The notes beneath the pieces are model-generated. The model was given only the letters and a program-made list of their open reading frames with translations. It had not been told where the DNA came from and ran no database searches. Positions 1-9,112 of a stretch of 44,967 nt of DNA are shown one piece after another. The stretch is from positions 300,948 through 345,914 of the forward strand of contig CAVSWE010000003.1 in NCBI GenBank assembly GCA_963731595.1. Reading direction: 5' to 3'. Position 1 is the first letter of the stretch. Every line of letters starts with the position of its first letter. Source of the DNA: an uncultured delta proteobacterium. GTDB taxonomy: Bacteria > Myxococcota_A > Polyangia > Polyangiales > Polyangiaceae. A program made the translations under genes and the position numbers.

Positions 1-115
1 CAAGCGCTTCGACGATATGCGTCTGCGGCGTGATGGGATAGGCGCAGATTACCTGGGGCCGGCAAAGCGCGATCGCCTCTGCAACCGCGCGCGATCCTTC
101 GGTCTGTTTAAGCAT
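1..115 (-). CDS. 2-oxoacid (pyruvate/2-oxoglutarate):ferredoxin oxidoreductase alpha subunit, N-terminal 38 aa only (runs off window)
   Basis: Reverse translation from the ATG at 115..113 gives [38 protein letters not shown], the conserved N-terminus of OFOR alpha subunits (AYPITPQT motif). The start overlaps the stop of the upstream gamma subunit gene. Confidence 0.6.
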   Translation of the reverse strand, partial: MLKQTEGSRAVAEAIALCRPQVICAYPITPQTHIVEAL

Positions 116-686
116 CGATCGTGTCTTTCGCTTGGGCGGCGAGCTCGAATGCTTCCGTCGCCGCGGCGACGTTCTTCTCCGCTACCGCCGCAGGAAATTT
201 CTGGCGGATGGCCGCGACGACCGAAGCCAGCGCGATCCGCTCAGTAACCGCGGCAAAGCCGCCGAGCAGCGCCGCGTTCGGCACCGGGCGGCCCACGTGC
301 TTGAGCGCAAGCTCGGTGGCCGGGAGCGAGCACAGGCGATAGCGCCCGACGCCCCGCGCGAACGGGCCCAGCCCGAGCTCGTCGAAGCTGCGCGTCGAGT
401 TGATCAGGATATAGCCATGCGGCTGGAGGCCACTGAACACGTCGACCTGATGCAGCAACGTCGGGTCCTGCACGATCAATGCATCGGGCTCCAGGACCGG
501 CTCGCGTAAGCGAATTTCCTTGTCGTCGATGCGGCAGAACGCCATCACGGGCGCGCCCATGCGCTCCGAGCCGAAGCTGGGAAACGCCTGGGCATAACGC
601 CCTTCGAGAAACGCCGCGACGGACAGCATTTCGGCGCCCGATACCACGCCCTGACCACCGCGGCCGTGAATCCGGATCTGGAACAT
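108..686 (-). CDS. 2-oxoacid:ferredoxin oxidoreductase gamma subunit
   Basis: ORF 108..821(-). The conserved part starts at [54 protein letters not shown], the signature of POR/KOR gamma subunits. Start set at internal ATG 686. Confidence 0.75.
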   Translation of the reverse strand: MFQIRIHGRGGQGVVSGAEMLSVAAFLEGRYAQAFPSFGSERMGAPVMAFCRIDDKEIRLREPVLEPDALIVQDPTLLHQVDVFSGLQPHGYILINSTRSFDELGLGPFARGVGRYRLCSLPATELALKHVGRPVPNAALLGGFAAVTERIALASVVAAIRQKFPAAVAEKNVAAATEAFELAAQAKDTIDA

Positions 687-789
687 GTCTGGTCGCGCCT
701 CGGTGTTCGCCGCAAGCCCTTGCGGCCCATTCATTGGGGAAAATCCTCCTGCCGACCCGGGAATTGTCCCCGTATTGCCGAAACCTATC

Positions 790-803
790 TTGACGCAGGT
801 CAA
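790..803. promoter_or_regulatory. FNR/Crp-family binding site TTGAC-N4-GTCAA in the divergent intergenic region between the OFOR gamma gene and frdC
   Basis: Perfect palindrome ttgacgcaggtcaa at 790..803. It lies ~140 bp upstream of the frdC ATG (943) and ~100 bp upstream of the divergent OFOR gamma start (686). Confidence 0.4.
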
Positions 804-942
804 CACTCGCCGACGGACCACGCGCTAGCTTCACGGGGCCTCGCCCGGATGACTGCAGCGGCCCGTGGACGGGCCGTTTCAGCCGGGACCGCGAGCCCGG
901 AAACGAGCACGGCGTCGACCACGCCGGGAAAGGAAGCGCACG

Positions 943-1750
943 ATGGAGCATAGCGGCCCGCTCATCGCCGGCGTCGGGCTCACCGACCCTGCCCGGCGCA
1001 GCCATTGGCCGGCGAGGCTGGACCTGGCGCAGAGCGCCTCGGGTCTCCTGCTCGCGCTTTTCATGTGGGCGCATATGGCCTTCGTCTCGTCGATCCTGCT
1101 TGGCAAGGACGTCATGTGGATGGTCACGAAATTCTTTGAAGGCTATTTTCTCTTCGGCCGGTCCTATCCGGGGCTTGTCTCGACCGTGGTCGCGCTGGTC
1201 ATCGCGCTCGTGGTAACGCACGCCATTCTGGCGCTGCGCAAATTCCCGATTAACTACCGTCAGTTCAGCACCTTTCGCGGCCATATGCGGATGCTGCGGC
1301 ACGAGGACACAACGCTTTGGTTCTGGCAGGTTGTCACTGGCTTCGCCCTGTTCTTTCTCGCCTCGGTGCACCTCTACATCATGCTTACCCGGCCCGACCG
1401 TATCGGGCCGTTCGAATCCGCCGACCGGGTGTGGAGCGACCATTTCTGGCCGCTGTATATCGTGCTACTGCTGACCGTCGAGGTGCACGGCGGGGTCGGC
1501 CTGTACCGGCTTGGCCGTAAAATGGGGTTGGTTCGCAGGCGGCGATGCGAACGCGGTGCGGCGTCGGCTCAAGCTCGCCAAATGGGCGCTGACGGCCTTC
1601 TTTCTGGTCCTTGGCGTGGCGACTCTGGCCGCCTATATCAAGATCGGCATCGAGCACCGTGACCACTATGGCGAGCACTACGTTCCCGCGGCGCAGCAAG
1701 CGTCGTCACCCCAACCCGCCGCTGGGGGCGCGGCGGGGAGCCCTCGGTGA
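943..1750 (+). CDS. frdC: quinol:fumarate reductase dihaem cytochrome b membrane subunit (Wolinella type), +1 frameshift at ~1511-1516
   Basis: [11 protein letters not shown]...[14 protein letters not shown]...[54 protein letters not shown]...GLYRL aligns along its length with W. succinogenes FrdC. The C-terminus ..[16 protein letters not shown] continues in the +1 frame (ORF 1511..1750). An extra G in cttGGccg breaks the frame. The frdC stop overlaps the frdA GTG (GTGA). Confidence 0.8.
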
Positions 1751-3765
1751 ACGTGATCTACACCGACGTGCTGGTGATCGGCGGTGGCCTCGCCGGGTTG
1801 CGGATCGGCATCGGTGCCAAACGCCGCGGCCAAGACGTGATCATCCTGTCGCTCGTCCCGCCCAAGCGCTCGCACTCTGCGGCGGCGCAAGGCGGCATGC
1901 AGGCGAGCCTGGGCAACGTCGTCAAGGCGATGGGTGACAACGAGGACGTGCATTTCGAAGACACCGTGCGGGGCAGCGACTGGGGCGCCGATCAGCGCGT
2001 CGTGCGCATGTTCGTCGACACGGCGCCCAAGGCCGTGCGCGAGCTTGCCGCGTGGGGCGTGCCGTGGAGCCGCGTGCAGAAAGGTGACCGGAAGGTGATC
2101 ATCAACGGGCAGAAGGTCACGATCACGGAGCGCGACGAAGCGCATGGACTGGTGATGCAACGCGACTTCGGTGGTACCAAGAAATGGCGCGCCTGCTACG
2201 TCTCCGACGGCACGGGTCACGCCATGCTGTACGCGATGAGCGACCAGGCAATCGCCCACGCGATCAGCGTGCACGAGCGCATGGAGGCCCTGGCGCTGAT
2301 CCACGACGGGTCGCGCTGCTATGGTGCGGTAGTACGCAACCTCGTGACCGGGAAATTGGTCGCGTACGTCGCCAAGGCTACCGCCATTGCGAGCGGCGGC
2401 GCGGGACGCCTCTATCGCGCGACGACCAACGCGGTCATCTGCGAGGGCATCGGCACGGCGCTGGCGTTGGAGACCGGCGTGGCAATGGTAGCCAACATGG
2501 AGGCGATCCAGTTTCACCCGACGGCAATCTTTCCGGCATGCATTCTGGTCACCGAAGGCTGCCGTGGGGACGGTGGATTGCTGCGCGACGCTGCGGGCAA
2601 GCGCTTCATGCCCGACTACGAGCCGGAGAAGAAGGAACTCGCCTCGCGCGACGTCGTATCCCGGCGCATGGAAGAGCACATCCGCAGGGGCGCGGGCGTG
2701 AAGTCACGGTTCGGCGAGCATCTGTGGCTCGACATCACCCTGCTCGGGGCCAAGCACATCGACAGCAACCTGCGCGAAGTGAAGGAGATCTGCCACTATT
2801 TCCTCGGCATCGATCCGATCAAGGATTGGATACCGGTGCGACCGGCACAGCATTACACGATGGGCGGGATCCGGACCGACCACACCGGCGGTAGCCCGAC
2901 GCTCAAAGGACTCTACGCCGCCGGCGAAGCCGCGTGCTGGGACCTGCACGGCTTTAACCGCCTGGGTGGAAACTCGGTCGCGGAAACCGTCGTCGGCGGC
3001 ATGATCGTGGGCGAGTTCATCGCCGATTTCTGTGCTCGTCCCGAGAGCAACCTGCAGTTCTCCACCGGCCTGATCCGCGAATTCCTGGAGCACGAGCAGG
3101 CCAAGCTCGACGCGCTCGCCGGTAACCGGGGCGGGGAAGAAGCCAACGCATTGCGGGTCCGAATGCAGGAGATCATGACGACCAAGGTCGGGATCTTCCG
3201 CACCGGCGGGGAGCTTGCCGCCGCGGTCGAGGAGCTGCAGTCGCTGCTGCGGCGCAGTCAGAACATCGGCCTGCGCTGCACCGCAAGTGGCGCAAATCCG
3301 GAGCTCGTTTCCGCCTACCGGGTCCAGAAGATGCTGCGGCTGGCGCTGTGCGTCGCCTACGGCGCGCTGACTCGGACCGAGAGCCGGGGCGCGCATTTTC
3401 GCCATGACTATCCGCGGCGCGACGACGCCGAATGGCTGAACCGCACGCTAGCAACGTGGAAGAGCGCCGACGACATGCTGCCGACGCTGGCACGCGAATC
3501 GCTTGACGTGATGCAGATGGAGCTGCCGCCGGGGTGGCGCGGATATGGGGCGAAGGACTACGTCGAGCATCCCGACACGGCGCGTCGTACCGCGGAGGTG
3601 GAGGCGATCAGGACCAGGCTCGTCAGTGCCGGCCGCGGGGTCGTACAGGAGGCCCTGATGCCGTACGCTGAGCTCATGCCCGAGCGCTTCCGCGGACCCA
3701 ACGAGCGCATCGATGAGCCGCTGCCACCGTCTCCCGCAGGCCCGCAACGACCGAGCCCGACATGA
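1747..3765 (+). CDS. frdA: fumarate reductase flavoprotein subunit
   Basis: 672-aa ORF with GTG start. It has an N-terminal FAD Rossmann fold ([11 protein letters not shown]), the covalent-FAD His region ([10 protein letters not shown]), and the active-site motifs [11 protein letters not shown] and HYTMGGI typical of FrdA/SdhA. Confidence 0.92.
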   Translation: MNVIYTDVLVIGGGLAGLRIGIGAKRRGQDVIILSLVPPKRSHSAAAQGGMQASLGNVVKAMGDNEDVHFEDTVRGSDWGADQRVVRMFVDTAPKAVRELAAWGVPWSRVQKGDRKVIINGQKVTITERDEAHGLVMQRDFGGTKKWRACYVSDGTGHAMLYAMSDQAIAHAISVHERMEALALIHDGSRCYGAVVRNLVTGKLVAYVAKATAIASGGAGRLYRATTNAVICEGIGTALALETGVAMVANMEAIQFHPTAIFPACILVTEGCRGDGGLLRDAAGKRFMPDYEPEKKELASRDVVSRRMEEHIRRGAGVKSRFGEHLWLDITLLGAKHIDSNLREVKEICHYFLGIDPIKDWIPVRPAQHYTMGGIRTDHTGGSPTLKGLYAAGEAACWDLHGFNRLGGNSVAETVVGGMIVGEFIADFCARPESNLQFSTGLIREFLEHEQAKLDALAGNRGGEEANALRVRMQEIMTTKVGIFRTGGELAAAVEELQSLLRRSQNIGLRCTASGANPELVSAYRVQKMLRLALCVAYGALTRTESRGAHFRHDYPRRDDAEWLNRTLATWKSADDMLPTLARESLDVMQMELPPGWRGYGAKDYVEHPDTARRTAEVEAIRTRLVSAGRGVVQEALMPYAELMPERFRGPNERIDEPLPPSPAGPQRPSPT

Positions 3766-3822
3766 CCGGAGCCACCGCCATGGCCATCCCCGCCGGGGCC
3801 GCCTGAACGACCGCGGCGCAAG

Positions 3823-4536
3823 GTGCGGATTAGCGTCCTGCGCTACAACCCGCAGGAGCGCGGCAGTGTTCCCCGCATGCAGGCCTACGAACTCGAAGAG
3901 GCCGAGGGAATGACGCTGTTCATCGCGCTCAACGAAATCCGCGAAAAGCAGGACGCATCCCTGCAATTTGACTTCGTCTGCCGCGCCGGGATATGCGGCA
4001 GCTGCGGGATGCTGATCAATGGGCGCCCAGGGCTCGCCTGCCGTACGCTGACAAAGAACCTGGACCCGGAGATCACGCTGGCGCCCCTGCCGGTCTTCGA
4101 ATTGATCGCCGACCTTTCGGTGAACACCGGCAAGTGGATGCGGGCGATGAGCGAACGGCTGCAGACCTGGGTGCACATGCGCCAGAAAGAGGTGGACACT
4201 TCCCGGCTCGAGGAGCGCATGGAGCCGGAGCTGGCGCAGAAAATTTACGAACTTGATCGCTGCATTGAATGCGGGTGCTGCGTCGCCGGTTGTGGCACCG
4301 CGCGCATGCGCGAAGACTTTGTCGGCGCGGTCGGCCTGAACAAGATCGCCCGTTTCCGGCTCGACCCGCGCGACACGCGCACCGACGCAGACTTCTACGA
4401 ACTGGTCGGTGACGACAGCGGTGTATTCGGTTGCATGTCCTTGCTCGCTTGCCACGATGTCTGCCCGAAGGAGTTGCCGCTCGCAACGCAAATCGCCTTC
4501 ATGCGTCGCAAGATGGTGAGCATCGGTTGGAAATAG
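3823..4536 (+). CDS. frdB: fumarate reductase iron-sulfur subunit
   Basis: 237 aa. It carries the 2Fe-2S motif CRAGICGSCGMLINGRPGLAC and the 4Fe/3Fe cluster motifs CIECGCCVAGC and CHDVCP. Confidence 0.9.
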   Translation: MRISVLRYNPQERGSVPRMQAYELEEAEGMTLFIALNEIREKQDASLQFDFVCRAGICGSCGMLINGRPGLACRTLTKNLDPEITLAPLPVFELIADLSVNTGKWMRAMSERLQTWVHMRQKEVDTSRLEERMEPELAQKIYELDRCIECGCCVAGCGTARMREDFVGAVGLNKIARFRLDPRDTRTDADFYELVGDDSGVFGCMSLLACHDVCPKELPLATQIAFMRRKMVSIGWK

Positions 4537-4568
4537 CAGCGTCTTTTTGCACCCTATGTGGAGGAGTC

Positions 4569-5575
4569 ATGAAGGTCGCAACGAAGTTTGCAACACTAAG
4601 TGTCGCACTGGCTAGTTTAGCGATTGCGTTCGGGGCACCCGCACAGCAGCCGATCATCATCAAGTTCAGCCACGTCGTTGCCGTCGACACGCCCAAGGGC
4701 AAGGGCGCGGAGAAATTCAAGCAGCTGGCCGAGGAGCGTACGAAGGGCCGGGTCAAGGTCGAGGTCTACCCGAACAGCACGCTGTACAAGGACGGCGAGG
4801 AAATCGACGCCCTGCAGCTGGGCTCGGTGCAGATGCTCGCCCCCTCGGTGGCCAAGTTCGGGCCGATGGGGGTGCGCGAATTCGAAGTCTTCGACCTGCC
4901 GTACATCTTTGACGACTTCGGCGAGCTGCACAAGGTCACCGAAGGCGCGGTTGGGAAACTGCTGTTCCAGAAACTCGATTCGAAGGGCATCGTCGGTCTT
5001 GCCTATTGGGACAACGGCTTCAAGGATTTCAGTGCCAACAAGCCGCTTAGGCTTCCCGGCGACGTCAGGGGTCTGAAGATGCGCATCCAGTCGTCGAAGG
5101 TGCTCGATGCCGAAATTCGTGCCCTCGGGGGGATTCCGCAGGTGATGGCCTTCTCCGAGGTGTATCAGGCGCTGCAGACCGGCGTGGTCGACGGCACCGA
5201 GAATCCACCGTCGAATTTCTATACCCAGAAGATGAACGAAGTGCAGAAGTATCTGACCCTGAGCGATCACGGCGTCATCGAATACGCGGTAATCGCGAAC
5301 AAGAAATTCTGGGATGGCTTGCCGGCGGATATCCGCACCATCCTCGAAGGCGCGATGAAGGATGCGACCAAATACGCCAACGACATCGCCAAGGAGGAGA
5401 ACGACAAGGCGCTCGCGGCGGTCAAGGCGACCGGGAAGACTGAAATCCTGACGCTCAGCCCCGATGCGAAGGCGGCCTGGAAAAAGGCGCTCTGCCGGTG
5501 CATCGAGAGATGGAAAGCCGGGTCGGCAAGGACATCATCCAGGAGGTCTACAAGGAAACCGGGTTCAAGCCCTGA
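4569..5575 (+). CDS. dctP: TRAP transporter substrate-binding protein DctP (C4-dicarboxylate), one -1 frameshift in an A5 run at ~5481
   Basis: MKVATKFATLSVALASLAIAFGAPAQQPIIIKFSHVVAVDTPKGKG... is a typical DctP with signal peptide. After ..AAWKK the conserved C-terminus (LPVHREMESRVGKDIIQEVYKETGFKP*) reads in the -1 frame and ends at TGA 5573..5575. The as-given ORF instead runs on to 5711. Confidence 0.8.
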
Positions 5576-5624
5576 CCGAGCGTTGCAGCGCCTGATGCGC
5601 GAGCCGGGTTCGACGCAAACCGAC

Positions 5625-5651
5625 GCCGCTGCGGCCCGCAGCGGCTTTTTT
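5625..5651 (+). terminator. rho-independent terminator (or attenuator) between dctP and dctQM
   Basis: gccgctgcgg-ccc-gcagcggc is a perfect 10-bp GC stem, followed by tttttt. It sits 50 nt after the reconstructed dctP stop. Confidence 0.5.
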
Positions 5652-5694
5652 GTGTGCAGCAGAACGGCGGTCGACCAACCGGGGACGCTTGCGC

Positions 5695-6306
5695 ATGCTG
5701 AAGCTCCTTGACCACCTCGAAGAGTGGCTCATCGCGCTGCTCATGGGCGGCGCGACGTTGATCATCTTCGTGGCCGTCGTTCACCGCTATGCCGCGGGCC
5801 TGCCCATCCCCGTGGTGCAGGACTGGCTGCTTGCGCTCAACCTGTCGTGGGCGCAGGAAGCATGCATCTACATGTTCGTATGGATGGCCAAGTTCGGTGC
5901 CGCTTACGGCGTGCGCACCGGCATCCACGTCGGCGTGGACGTGGTGATCAATCACCTGCCCGACGGCGTGCGCCGCAAGTTCATTCTTTTCGGACTGGGC
6001 GCCGGCGCGCTGTTCACCGGCGTGGTGGCCTCGTTCGGCGCCAGTTTCGTGTGGCAGCTCGCCCACACCGACCAGACCTCGCCCGACATGGAGCTGCCGA
6101 TGTGGCTGGTCTATCTGGCCATTCCCTGCGGCTCGGGGCTGATGTCCTTCCGCTTCCTCCAGGTGGCGTGGAACTTCTGGCGCACGGGCGAGCTGCCGCA
6201 TCACGACCCGACCGACGTGGCGGGCGTCGAAAAAATTGCCGACCAGGACGCCCACGTCGGCCTGGCGCAAGACAATCTTTTTCCCGCGCCGCCTGGCAAG
6301 CGCTGA
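5695..6306 (+). CDS. dctQ: TRAP transporter small permease DctQ
   Basis: MLKLLDHLEEWLIALLMGGATLIIFVAVVHRY... has four predicted TM helices, typical DctQ size and position. Confidence 0.8.
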   Translation: MLKLLDHLEEWLIALLMGGATLIIFVAVVHRYAAGLPIPVVQDWLLALNLSWAQEACIYMFVWMAKFGAAYGVRTGIHVGVDVVINHLPDGVRRKFILFGLGAGALFTGVVASFGASFVWQLAHTDQTSPDMELPMWLVYLAIPCGSGLMSFRFLQVAWNFWRTGELPHHDPTDVAGVEKIADQDAHVGLAQDNLFPAPPGKR

Positions 6307-6309
6307 GCC

Positions 6310-7605
6310 ATGACCTCCGCCATCATCTTCGGGCTGTTGATCGCGCTCATGCTCACCGGCATGCCCATCTCGATCGCGCTCGGGCTCACGGTCCTGACTT
6401 TCGTGTTCACCATGACCCAGGTGCCGATCGAATCGGTGGCCCTGAAGCTGTTCACCGGCATCGAGAAGTTCGAGATCATGGCCATCCCCTTCTTCATCCT
6501 CGCCGGCACTTTCCTCACCCATGGCGGGGTGGCGCGGCGGATGATCAATTTCGCCGCCTCCATGGTCGGCCATTGGCATGGAGGGCTGGCGCTCGCAGGC
6601 ATCATCGCCTGCGCGATGTTCGCGCTTGTATGCGGTTCGAGCGTCGCCACGGTGGTGGCCATCGGCTCCATCGTGCTGCCGGAGATGGTCAAGCGCGGCA
6701 TCCCCATGGACTTCGGCGCCGCCGTGATCACCGTCGCCGGTTCGCTCGGCATCCTGATGCTGCCGTCGATCCCCAAGGTCATCTACGCGATCGCCACCAA
6801 CACCTCGATCGGCGCGTTGTTTGTCGCCGGCCTGCTGCCGGGGATCCTGCTGACCACGATGCTCTGCCTGGTCACCTGGTATATCGCCAAGAAGCGCAAT
6901 TACCCGCGGCTGCCGCGCGAAAGCTGGGGCGCGCGCTTCAAGGCGTTCCGAGAGTCCGTCTGGGGCCTGATGCTCGTGGTCATCATCATCGGCGGCATCT
7001 ACTCGGGGATCTTCACCGCCACCGAGGCGGCCGCGATGGCCGCGGTGTACGCGTTCTTCGTGTCGGTGTTCGTGTACAAGGCCATGCCGCTCAAGGATTT
7101 GCGCAAGGTGCTGCTGACCTCGGCCAACATGAGCGCAATGCTGCTCTACATCATCACCAACGCGGCACTGTTCTCGTTCATCCTCACCAACGAGAACATT
7201 CCGCATGCCCTGGCGGACTGGATTATTGCCAAGGATCTGGGCTGGGTGGGGTTCCTGTTGCTGGCCAACGTGCTGTTGCTCCTGGCCGGCAATTTCATGG
7301 ACCCGTCCTCGGTCATTCTCATCATGGCGCCGATTCTCTACCCCGCGGCGATGACGCTCGGGATCAATCCGGTGCATCTCGGCATCCTGATCGACGTCAA
7401 CATGGAGGTCGGGCTCTGCCATCCCCCGGTGGGGCTCAATCTGTACGTGGCCTCGGGCATTTCGCGCCTCGGCATCACGCAGCTGACCAAGGCGCTGGTT
7501 CCCTGGCTCGTCACCATGCTGATCTTCCTGGTCATCGTCACCTATTGGCCGGCGCTGTCGACCTGGCTGCCGCAGAAGATGGGTATGATGGGGCCGTTGC
7601 CCTAG
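6310..7605 (+). CDS. dctM: TRAP transporter large permease DctM
   Basis: 431-aa polytopic membrane protein with DctM-family sequence throughout (MTSAIIFGLLIALMLTGMPISIALG...). It starts 4 nt after the dctQ stop. Confidence 0.9.
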   Translation: MTSAIIFGLLIALMLTGMPISIALGLTVLTFVFTMTQVPIESVALKLFTGIEKFEIMAIPFFILAGTFLTHGGVARRMINFAASMVGHWHGGLALAGIIACAMFALVCGSSVATVVAIGSIVLPEMVKRGIPMDFGAAVITVAGSLGILMLPSIPKVIYAIATNTSIGALFVAGLLPGILLTTMLCLVTWYIAKKRNYPRLPRESWGARFKAFRESVWGLMLVVIIIGGIYSGIFTATEAAAMAAVYAFFVSVFVYKAMPLKDLRKVLLTSANMSAMLLYIITNAALFSFILTNENIPHALADWIIAKDLGWVGFLLLANVLLLLAGNFMDPSSVILIMAPILYPAAMTLGINPVHLGILIDVNMEVGLCHPPVGLNLYVASGISRLGITQLTKALVPWLVTMLIFLVIVTYWPALSTWLPQKMGMMGPLP

Positions 7606-7647
7606 GTCCGGCGGGTCGAATCGACAAACGGCCGCTTTTCCGCGGCT

Positions 7648-7953
7648 ATGTTACTCCGACCCACTTCGCAGATAAACTTCAGTTCTTTTGGCCCAACCAG
7701 TATGCGGCTCGCAAAGTTCGTCAAGGTACGCGAGGAGAAATTTGGCGGCGTCCTCTTCGAGACGCGCTCGGAGAAGGTTTTTACGCTCAATCCAACGGCC
7801 ATGGCGGTCGTGCGCGAGATCGAAGCAGGCCATGACGAGCGCGAGATCGCCATGCGACTGAAGGCGCGCTTTAACGACAGTACCGACGTGATCGAGCGCG
7901 AAGTCGTCGCGTTCATCGCGGAGCTGCGGCAGAGAAGCCTTGTCGAGGGTTGA
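7648..7953 (+). CDS. PqqD/MftB-family peptide chaperone (RiPP recognition element protein)
   Basis: (M)RLAKFVKVREEKFGGVLFETRSEKVFTLNPTAMAVVREIEAGHDEREIAMRLKARFNDSTDVIEREVVAFIAELRQRSLVEG matches the PqqD-family pattern (FG..L...., LN.ta..vw, C-terminal fi..L). An alternative start is ATG 7702. Confidence 0.65.
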   Translation: MLLRPTSQINFSSFGPTSMRLAKFVKVREEKFGGVLFETRSEKVFTLNPTAMAVVREIEAGHDEREIAMRLKARFNDSTDVIEREVVAFIAELRQRSLVEG

Positions 7954-7957
7954 GCGC

Positions 7958-9112
7958 GTGACAACATTGGCAACGGATAACGGACCCGACTCCGCGATCC
8001 CAGCGACGACCTCGACCTACGCCTGCTCGGAGGACCTCGCCGCGCCACTCTACGTGGCCTGGCAGATCACCAACGAATGCAACCTCGCCTGCCTGCACTG
8101 TATCGAGGAGAGCGGGCCGGGCAAGGCGTTCGCAGATGAGCTCGACGCGGCGCAGATATTCTCGGTGCTCGACCAGTTGCTGGACCACCAAGTCCCCTAC
8201 ATGTCCTTCTCGGGCGGCGAGCCTATGCTGCATCCGCAGTTCTTCGAGATGGTGGAGCACGTCTGCGCGCGTGGCGCCCAGCTCAAGATCGAGACCAACG
8301 GTCATTATCTGTCCGCCGAAAACTGTGCGCGGATGAAGGAACTCGGCGTCAAGGCGGTCCAGGTGAGCCTCGACGGCGCGTCCGCCAAGACGTTCGAGCG
8401 TATGCGCGTGCGCGGGAACTTCGATCGCACGCTCGATGGCCTGCGCAACCTTCGCGCGGCAGGCGTGCCCGTGGAGATTAACTTCTCGCCCGCCTGCTTC
8501 AACGTCCATGAGATCGGCGCGGTCGTCGACCTCGCATACAAGCTGGGCGCATACAGCTTCTACACCGGGACGCACGATGTACACCGGCAACGCCGTCAAG
8601 GCTTGGCGCCACCTGGAAGTTTCGGAGCCGAGCAATACGAGGCGTTCTTCGCTGTTCTGCGGCAAAAAGCCGAGGAGTACCACGGCCGCATGCGCGTCTA
8701 CTTTCACGAGGCGGGGTTGCTCGAGGAGCTGCGTTATCGCCTGCAGCACCCGGCTGCGCTGCTGATCGTGCTCCCGAACGGCCTGGTCAAGCTCATCAAC
8801 GCCTTGCCCTTCGTGTGCGGCGATTTTCGCCGCCAGACGCTGCGGGAAATCTGGGCGAATTTCCGCCGCGCCTGGCACGACCCGCGCGTGGCACAGTTCG
8901 TCGACGAGCTTGGCACCGACCCGGGCGGACACGGACGCTGCACCAATGGGTCTATCTTTGACTGCGCTGCCCGTGCGATCCGGCCGTTCGGCGCGCACGG
9001 CGCTGCACCGGCTGCTCGCCGTTTGCCGCCTGGTGCGCTACCGGTTTTTCCTATATGCCGGGCTGCTGCCGTATCTGCTCGGCGCGGCCTGGGCCTACGC
9101 TCGCGCTGGTAG
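7958..9112 (+). CDS. radical SAM enzyme, MftC/PqqE-like (SPASM-family-like) maturase, paralog 1 of 3. The 3' end is uncertain and there is an internal compensating frameshift pair at ~8570/8623
   Basis: ..PLYVAWQITNECNLACLHCIEESGPGKAFADEL..FSGGEPMLHPQFFEMV..QLKIETNGHYL..VQVSLDGASAKTFERMRVRGNFDRTLDGLRNLRAAGVPVEINF aligns block by block with mycofactocin maturase MftC (CLTWELTYRCNLACVHCLSSSGKRDPGEL...GGGEPTVRPDF...VQISLDGATAEV...). The CxxxCxxC motif follows the W-x-I-T motif. Its tail overlaps the start of the prenyltransferase gene. Confidence 0.72.
   Translation: MTTLATDNGPDSAIPATTSTYACSEDLAAPLYVAWQITNECNLACLHCIEESGPGKAFADELDAAQIFSVLDQLLDHQVPYMSFSGGEPMLHPQFFEMVEHVCARGAQLKIETNGHYLSAENCARMKELGVKAVQVSLDGASAKTFERMRVRGNFDRTLDGLRNLRAAGVPVEINFSPACFNVHEIGAVVDLAYKLGAYSFYTGTHDVHRQRRQGLAPPGSFGAEQYEAFFAVLRQKAEEYHGRMRVYFHEAGLLEELRYRLQHPAALLIVLPNGLVKLINALPFVCGDFRRQTLREIWANFRRAWHDPRVAQFVDELGTDPGGHGRCTNGSIFDCAARAIRPFGAHGAAPAARRLPPGALPVFPICRAAAVSARRGLGLRSRW

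Noticed and set aside
241-1443. 400-aa minus-strand ORF spanning the OFOR/frdC region
   Set aside because: It is antisense to the well-supported porG and frdC genes. It has an Arg/Pro/Gly-rich composition typical of spurious ORFs in high-GC DNA.
5548-7835. Long ORFs 5548..7422(-, 624 aa) and 5724..7835(+, 703 aa) overlapping dctQM
   Set aside because: They are the alternative frames and antisense of the clear DctQ/DctM membrane proteins. They have extreme Arg/His/Gly/Asp composition and no motifs.
7913-8998. 361-aa minus-strand ORF opposite rSAM-1
   Set aside because: Antisense of a gene with strong radical-SAM homology, with no recognisable domain of its own.
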